Source: Candidatus Wolfebacteria bacterium GW2011_GWE2_44_13 | GTDB taxonomy: Bacteria > Patescibacteriota > Minisyncoccia > UBA6257 > UBA9933 | Reading direction: 5' to 3' | Assembly (NCBI GenBank): GCA_001000675.1 | Contig: LCHW01000001.1 | Location: 289,424-353,423, forward strand | Length of the DNA: 64,000 nt | In this document: positions 59,127-64,000 of the stretch, one piece after another | Position numbering within the stretch: position 1 is the stretch's first letter | Layout of the letters: each line of letters starts with the position of its first letter | Position numbers and translations under genes: made by a program | The notes under the pieces: generated by a model | What the model saw: the letters and a program-made list of their open reading frames with translations, nothing else | What the model was told of the DNA's origin: nothing | Database searches by the model: none

Positions 59127-59374
59127 CACATAGCAACATAAGCGCCTACTCTTTACGGGTAGGCGTTTATGTTGCTGCTATGAGTGGAGATAAAGAGGGA
59201 TTCGAAAACTACTTTTAAAAGCAAACTGCTTTGCTTTTAAAAGAGTCGGCGATGGAGGAGTTTCGAAGCTTGTTTCGAGTATTCGAGGAACGCTGAGTAA
59301 CGGGGGAAGAGGAATCCCTTCCCCTCCGCCATTTAGAATAGGTATTCCAATGAGATATTTGGCAAATTGATTCT

Positions 59375-59626
59375 ATGATCAAAAAAGAAATTGCTGGTGG
59401 TGTGGTGCATAAGCTACCGTTGGACTTACAAAGCGCCTTGTCGTCTAACCCTGATGCGTTAGCAGTGTGGGGAGATATTACGCCGCTCGCGCGCAACGAG
59501 TGGATTTGCTGGGTCACATCCGGCAAAAAAGAGGAGACGCGAAGCGTTCGAATCGAGAAGGCTATCTCAAAACTAAAAGGAGGAATGCGTAGACCTTGTT
59601 GTTGGGCTGGTTGCCTTCATCGGTAA
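59375..59626 (+). CDS. YdeI/OmpD-associated family protein
   Basis: LPLDLQSALSSNPDALAVWGDITPLARNEWICWVTSGKKEETRSVRIEKAISKL fits the family pattern (LPADL...A...F..L....R.EY..WI..AK..ETR..RI...I..L). Confidence 0.5.
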   Translation: MIKKEIAGGVVHKLPLDLQSALSSNPDALAVWGDITPLARNEWICWVTSGKKEETRSVRIEKAISKLKGGMRRPCCWAGCLHR

Positions 59627-59792
59627 AATAAAAAAATTAAAGATGCTTAGCCCTTTTAATCGGTGCTAAAACCTCAAAAAAGCCTTATACTAACTGTAGT
59701 GTATAGGGGCTTACCCTTGGTGTGTTGTGACGATTTTAATAGCAAGTATTTAATTGGTAAGAAATTAAATTAATTTTTAAAAGATTCGAACT

Positions 59793-60377
59793 ATGGGTAT
59801 AGAAAGCGAAAATAATTTCAAATCTCAATTCGAAAAGGCGCCGATAAAAATTGCGGAAATCGCTCCTATTGAGGAGTCGAGAAATACATGGGTACGAGAT
59901 AGGAAGCATCTTAAAGAGCTCGTCGAAGCACCACTTTTGAGTGCATGTGAAGTATTATGGGACAAAAACATTCGAACCTTAAGTACGAGCGCAAACACGA
60001 AGGATATTAAATATGGGTCAGCGCATCTTATAATTGATTTTGATAGCTTGTCCGATGAAAATAAAAAGATCGGAGAGAATCTCGGAGAAGTATTCTGGGG
60101 AGATAACATGAATCAGTTAAAAATCGAAATTCCAGTTACAGAAAGTAGTACGACTAATGATATTAAGAGTCTCGCCGATTCTATCGCTCATAAGTTTGGA
60201 AACCAAAAAATGACATGGGCCCCTTTCTATACGCTCGAACAAGTGAGACGAATTTACGGCATAGACCCAAATGATGAAGCGTATGGAGTAGATGACTTTA
60301 CTAGTCAATTTCATTATGATTCTGAACGAAAGCTATTCTTTTTGAGCGAAGAGCATGCTAGAAAATCAAAAGATTAA
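59793..60377 (+). CDS. hypothetical protein (AT-rich accessory gene)
   Basis: 194-aa ORF with no recognisable motifs. Its composition is visibly AT-richer than the core genes. Confidence 0.4.
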   Translation: MGIESENNFKSQFEKAPIKIAEIAPIEESRNTWVRDRKHLKELVEAPLLSACEVLWDKNIRTLSTSANTKDIKYGSAHLIIDFDSLSDENKKIGENLGEVFWGDNMNQLKIEIPVTESSTTNDIKSLADSIAHKFGNQKMTWAPFYTLEQVRRIYGIDPNDEAYGVDDFTSQFHYDSERKLFFLSEEHARKSKD

Positions 60378-60381
60378 GCTT

Positions 60382-60720
60382 ATGAAAAAGGAATTTGGAT
60401 TATTGTTTTGGATACATATTCTGCTTTTAATACCGGCATATCTTTCCCCTTTATTTATAGACTGGAAGCTTATCGTTATTGGGATAGTTATTTTGCAAAT
60501 TCAGTATTGGGTTATTGATGGATGCATCCTAACTCACCTAGAAATGGGGAAGGATAAGAATGAAACTTTTATTTGGTATTATCTTAGTAAAAGGTATCCG
60601 AATATTAATCCCAAAAGAACGAAATTTGTCATTAGGGTCATTGTCCCAGTTGCTCTTGTAATGGCAGGATTTTTTCTCCAGACTAAATTTGGATTAGAGC
60701 CTTTGATAAAAATATTTTAA
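60382..60720 (+). CDS. hypothetical small membrane protein (DUF2784-like)
   Basis: Start MKKEFGLLFW. Three or four TM helices. DGCILTHLE resembles the conserved Cys-containing loop of that family. Confidence 0.35.
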   Translation: MKKEFGLLFWIHILLLIPAYLSPLFIDWKLIVIGIVILQIQYWVIDGCILTHLEMGKDKNETFIWYYLSKRYPNINPKRTKFVIRVIVPVALVMAGFFLQTKFGLEPLIKIF

Positions 60721-60739
60721 CTTTAATATCCTTGAGTTT

Positions 60740-61105
60740 ATGAACGACCATACAGCAGATGAGCTACAGGAGATTCTTCGACCAATAGCGTCGCTTATTA
60801 GTAAATCTGAAAAAGCGCAGCAGAAGCTTACGCCAGGAACATGGCAACGCACGATGCTGCGAGATAACCTCAAGGCGTTGCACATTGCGTTTTCATTACT
60901 AAGTAAAGATATTAGTGATATGCATAATTTCACTCGGGGCGATTTCCCCGAAGCCCTTCAGGCACTTACTTCGATGATAAGCAAAGTTGAAAAAGCCCAG
61001 ACTAAATTTTTACCCGGTACTTCTCATTACACATTGCAAAAAAATAGGCTTAAGGCATTGCGCGTTGCGTCGTTTGTTATAGCTAAATCATTAAATTCTG
61101 CGTAA
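60740..61105 (+). CDS. hypothetical protein built from two ~45-aa tandem repeats
   Basis: ASLISKSEKAQQKLTPGTWQRTMLRDNLKALHIAFSLL aligns with TSMISKVEKAQTKFLPGTSHYTLQKNRLKALRVASFVI. Confidence 0.45.
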   Translation: MNDHTADELQEILRPIASLISKSEKAQQKLTPGTWQRTMLRDNLKALHIAFSLLSKDISDMHNFTRGDFPEALQALTSMISKVEKAQTKFLPGTSHYTLQKNRLKALRVASFVIAKSLNSA

Positions 61106-61122
61106 GTAAGAATATATACACC

Positions 61123-61431
61123 ATGGCAACCTACATTCTCGTAGCAAGTATTGCGGCAATTATACAAATTGGGACAATCTATTTTTTGCGGGCAAACTTT
61201 TTAGGAAGTTTTCTTTATGCAGTACCCTTTATTTTGATTTCTCAGTTCCTATTCCTATGGAGTTATGCAAGCGCGCCAAAATTTCTTACTATCTGGTTTA
61301 TTGTTACGGCATTAACAAACAGCCTCGCATTTTTACTTGGGTACTTTTTATGGCACGAACAAATATCTGCCGTAAACATCGTCGGGATGGTGCTAATTGT
61401 TGGAGGGGTTATTTTACTGCAAATAAAGTAA
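61123..61431 (+). CDS. SMR/DMT-like small four-TM membrane protein
   Basis: 102 aa with four hydrophobic helices, in the size class of small multidrug-resistance proteins. No diagnostic Glu in TM1 was confirmed. Confidence 0.4.
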   Translation: MATYILVASIAAIIQIGTIYFLRANFLGSFLYAVPFILISQFLFLWSYASAPKFLTIWFIVTALTNSLAFLLGYFLWHEQISAVNIVGMVLIVGGVILLQIK

Positions 61432-61440
61432 TATATAGTA

Positions 61441-62162
61441 TGTCTAAAAACAGATCCTCTTGTCCTCCAACACTAGAGAAAAAGCTTAATAGGGAGGTTC
61501 ATTATAGATGTCCAATTTGTGGTAACTTCCCCTTAGTTCGAGCTCATACGATCAAACTCTATGCCGAAGTTGGGTGGCATTACGATTACCTTTTAGCAAT
61601 ATGTATTGCATGTGAAAAAAAGGTAGAAAATGGTGAAATAGAAAGGAATACGTTACATACTATTAAGAATAGTATTAAAAAATCTTTTTCTGAGACTACT
61701 CGCAATAAGCCCTATCAAATCGCACCGATTATCGGAGGCGATGTATATGTGGGGAGCAACTACATATCTTCGGTTAATATAATTTTTGCATATCGCGGTC
61801 TGCCAATTTTATGGTTCGAAGATGAAGGAGGAGTAAAAACACTCAACGCTCGATTTTATGATGTAAGGGGTACTGTAATTACTGCAATTGATAAAAATAT
61901 GTGGACTGCGGATAGAAATCGATTTTATGACATTGAGGTTGATACTAGTAGTAGGGGAATGGATATGGAAATAATGGGCCGTAGTGATGATACGCATATT
62001 AAATTTACAATTTGTGATAAAGGTATCATTTTGGGGTGTTCCGAATTTTATATACCCGGCGAGAAAATTAAAATTTTAGAAGATGGCACATTAAATATTG
62101 GAACAAATAAGTTTTCCAACAACTCTATTTTAAATTGTGCTATTGCGTTCAATTTCGACTAG
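61441..62162 (+). CDS. HNH-endonuclease-domain protein with a C-terminal domain of unknown function
   Basis: Start at ATG 61441; the six-frame ORF from 61257 is an out-of-context extension. CPICGN ... RAHTIKL ... DYLLAICIACEKK is an HNH (ββα-Me) zinc-knuckle motif. AT-rich. Confidence 0.5.
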
Positions 62163-62308
62163 AATTTAACGATTGAATAGTTCTCTATTGTGCTATACCT
62201 AAAATATTGCTCTAAAGGAAAAAGATATTCATACTAGTATTGCGCTGATATAAAGCAAATATTAAGAAAGAGTATGTTTTAAAGCCAATAGCGGGTTCTA
62301 TTATTAAA

Positions 62309-62737
62309 ATGAAAAAATCAAAATTCTCACTTGCGCATAAGGATGAAGTATTAGTTTCTCTTGTGGGAGAAACTGATCAAAAAATATTGGCTCGTTGGGC
62401 GATTGATTGCGCAGAGCGCGTCATGCCGTATTTTGCAAAACAATATCCAAAAGATAGGCGTCCGCAACAAGCGCTTGCAACGCTTAAGGCATGGATAAAA
62501 ACGGGCGTATTTACAATGGCTGTTATCCGCAAAGCCTCTCTGGATTCCCATGCTGCTGCGCGCGAAATAGGAGAAGACAATGCGGCTCGCCATGCCTATG
62601 GCGCGGCTATTTATGCACAGCAAGCTATTTATCGAGCTGTGGGTGTTTCTGAAGCGAACTCCGCGGTTACTGCTGAGCGGAATTGGCAATATCAGCATCT
62701 TGTGGATTTGATTAGTAAAATGAGATCGAAAAAATAA
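62309..62737 (+). CDS. putative immunity-like all-alpha protein (Imm5-like pattern)
   Basis: WAIDCAERVMPYF and Ala-rich helices (AAREIGEDNAARHAYGAAIYAQQAIYRAV). Visibly more GC-rich than the flanking genes. Confidence 0.4.
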   Translation: MKKSKFSLAHKDEVLVSLVGETDQKILARWAIDCAERVMPYFAKQYPKDRRPQQALATLKAWIKTGVFTMAVIRKASLDSHAAAREIGEDNAARHAYGAAIYAQQAIYRAVGVSEANSAVTAERNWQYQHLVDLISKMRSKK

Positions 62738-62751
62738 TATAATTTATATCT

Positions 62752-63561
62752 ATGCTTTTTGCAAAATATAGAAAAGAATTACTCGCTATTGCGTCCATTC
62801 TTCTTTTAGTGGGTATCGGTATCTTTATTTGGGCGCAGTTTTTTGCTGCTGTACCTTGCACGCAAGAGGCGCGAGTTTGTCCCGATGGCAGGATAGTTGG
62901 GCGAACTGAACCGAATTGTACGTTTAGTTCTTGCCACCAAGTATTACAATCTTCCGGGTTTGGTAATAAGCAATTAGAGCAGGCTATTACAAATTATTTA
63001 GTAACACAAAACCGTTTTAGCTGGAAAACGCAGCCCGGCAGTTTTTCTTTGTGTGTGGTTGAAAATCTTGAGCCTCAAAATGAACTTTTCCCGTTAGCTG
63101 TTTGGGCTTATTGTGGAGAATATACTTTGCAAGAGGGTATACTCAAAACACTTAGTGGATCATCGGGCCCCGTGGCCATTAATTATCCTAACGAGCTGTC
63201 TTTTTACGATAGTAATAAATTTTCGTACGAAGCCCCTGGAGATGGTGCGCAGTATTCCGAAGATATAAAACGGATATTCTCCCAGCCTGTTCAGGAAGCT
63301 ATTTTAAACGGTAGCCGAGACGGGCTCATTGATCGCGCTAAGGCGGAGGCATTTGATACAGTGATGCGGTGGAATCGCATTGTTGAGGCTACTATGAATT
63401 GTGAAGTGGCTGAAATTTTTCAAGCCCATAGTTTGTTTGTGAGTGCAACGCTGAAAAACGGAGACAAACTGACCGCTGTTGAGCCGACCATAGACGATAT
63501 TATGGATGTAGCGAATGCGGCAAGTGCGCAATGTGGACGCATTATTATGGCAACGGAATAA
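62752..63561 (+). CDS. hypothetical membrane-anchored protein
   Basis: N-terminal TM segment LLAIASILLLVGIGIFIWAQFFAA followed by a ~230-aa extracytoplasmic domain containing Cys pairs. Confidence 0.45.
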   Translation: MLFAKYRKELLAIASILLLVGIGIFIWAQFFAAVPCTQEARVCPDGRIVGRTEPNCTFSSCHQVLQSSGFGNKQLEQAITNYLVTQNRFSWKTQPGSFSLCVVENLEPQNELFPLAVWAYCGEYTLQEGILKTLSGSSGPVAINYPNELSFYDSNKFSYEAPGDGAQYSEDIKRIFSQPVQEAILNGSRDGLIDRAKAEAFDTVMRWNRIVEATMNCEVAEIFQAHSLFVSATLKNGDKLTAVEPTIDDIMDVANAASAQCGRIIMATE

Positions 63562-63709
63562 GGCCTTCGTGCATTTGGATGTGACATACTGCACGAATTA
63601 GGCAGGCGCAATACCAATAGTACACAACATTTTTCTATTTGACTTGAATGGTTTTTTGTGGTATTTCTGGACTAGCTACCTTTATTAATTCTTAGAGAAG
63701 GAGGCGCCT

Positions 63710-64000
63710 ATGCGCAATCCCATTTGGCATGAAATCTGTTCTCAGGACAGGGAGTTGTATGGTGATATTTGTGCCATGTTTGATCTTATCCCAAACGACA
63801 TCAGTCTTGGATCGGATTGTAACAACAAGCGTGTGGAGCTTTCGTGCCATATCGTGGTGCGTGCGTTCGCGAACACGCTTCCGTCAACTCGGTGTGTGGA
63901 TGGCCTCTTTTCCGCAGGGTTTCAGCATTCGTGGTTAATGACTGAAAACTCTGCGCTGATCGATGTTTTTCCAGTGCAGGTCGTCTCGAGCCCGCTGTTG
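63710..64000 (+). CDS. hypothetical protein, 5' partial (runs off the window end)
   Basis: ATG at 63710 is preceded by gaaggagg (63697-63704). The frame stays open to the end of the window (MRNPIWHEICSQDRELYGDICAMFDLIP...). It is absent from the ORF track only because it has no stop codon. Confidence 0.4.
   Translation, partial: MRNPIWHEICSQDRELYGDICAMFDLIPNDISLGSDCNNKRVELSCHIVVRAFANTLPSTRCVDGLFSAGFQHSWLMTENSALIDVFPVQVVSSPLL

Noticed and set aside
61257-62162. 301-aa version of the HNH protein ORF starting at 61257
   Set aside because: The upstream 61 codons overlap the four-TM membrane protein gene in another frame. An ATG at 61441 directly after that gene's stop gives a sensible 240-aa product.
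1-64000. CRISPR array search
   Set aside because: I scanned for regularly spaced direct repeats of 24-48 bp. The only interspersed repeats are the REP-like palindromes and the tRNA-end duplications, and none shows repeat-spacer periodicity.

Overview
This is a bacterial chromosomal window with roughly 85 supportable features. Most of it is housekeeping: secD-secF, efp, mnmA, a CPH-motif copper P-type ATPase, tyrS, recR, dnaB, ppsA, tsaD, a SEDS protein, mltG, rpoB-rpoC, rpsF-ssb-rpsR, htpX, and an ECF sigma/anti-sigma pair. The gene order, the many small membrane proteins and the missing rpmA after rplU resemble a small-genome uncultivated lineage such as Patescibacteria, but I cannot establish the taxon from sequence alone.

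Seven tRNA genes are present: Ala-CGC, Pro-UGG on the minus strand, Arg-UCU, Phe-GAA, His-GUG with an encoded G-1, and Ser-GGA. Several sit beside AT-richer accessory DNA.

The strongest candidate for a new system is a two-gene module just downstream of tRNA-Ala. Gene one (15113-17887) is a 924-aa fusion of a PHP phosphoesterase domain to a Rad50/SbcC-like ABC ATPase with a long coiled-coil insert. Gene two (17963-18910) encodes a C-terminally membrane-anchored partner. The pair looks like a single-polypeptide SbcCD/OLD-like nuclease-ATPase with a membrane partner, which suggests defence. The same AT-richer stretch also carries a zinc-ribbon membrane protein (14030-14824) and a sigma70-like promoter.

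Other notable items:
- tRNA-Phe is interrupted in the anticodon loop by a 234-nt group I intron (35069-35302) with canonical P1, P10 and R/S core elements. A freestanding HTH-LAGLIDADG-like gene sits immediately upstream, and a 34-bp direct repeat of the tRNA 3' end lies downstream.
- A GIY-YIG ORF next to tRNA-Ser is bracketed by a 13-bp duplication of the tRNA 5' end.
- A ~92-nt structured element occurs twice, once after rplU and once after rpsF, with compensatory base changes.
- A REP-like palindromic family (GTCATTCCCGCG-N4-GCGGGAATCCAG) occurs at five intergenic sites.
- A cluster of hemerythrin, two rubredoxin-like zinc-ribbon genes and a ferritin-like half-domain gene looks like a rubrerythrin split into separate genes.
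- A VirD4/TraD-like ATPase with a ~250-aa disordered tail follows a large membrane protein.
- An HNH-domain protein and an immunity-like protein sit in a low-GC stretch near tRNA-Ser.

No CRISPR array was found.
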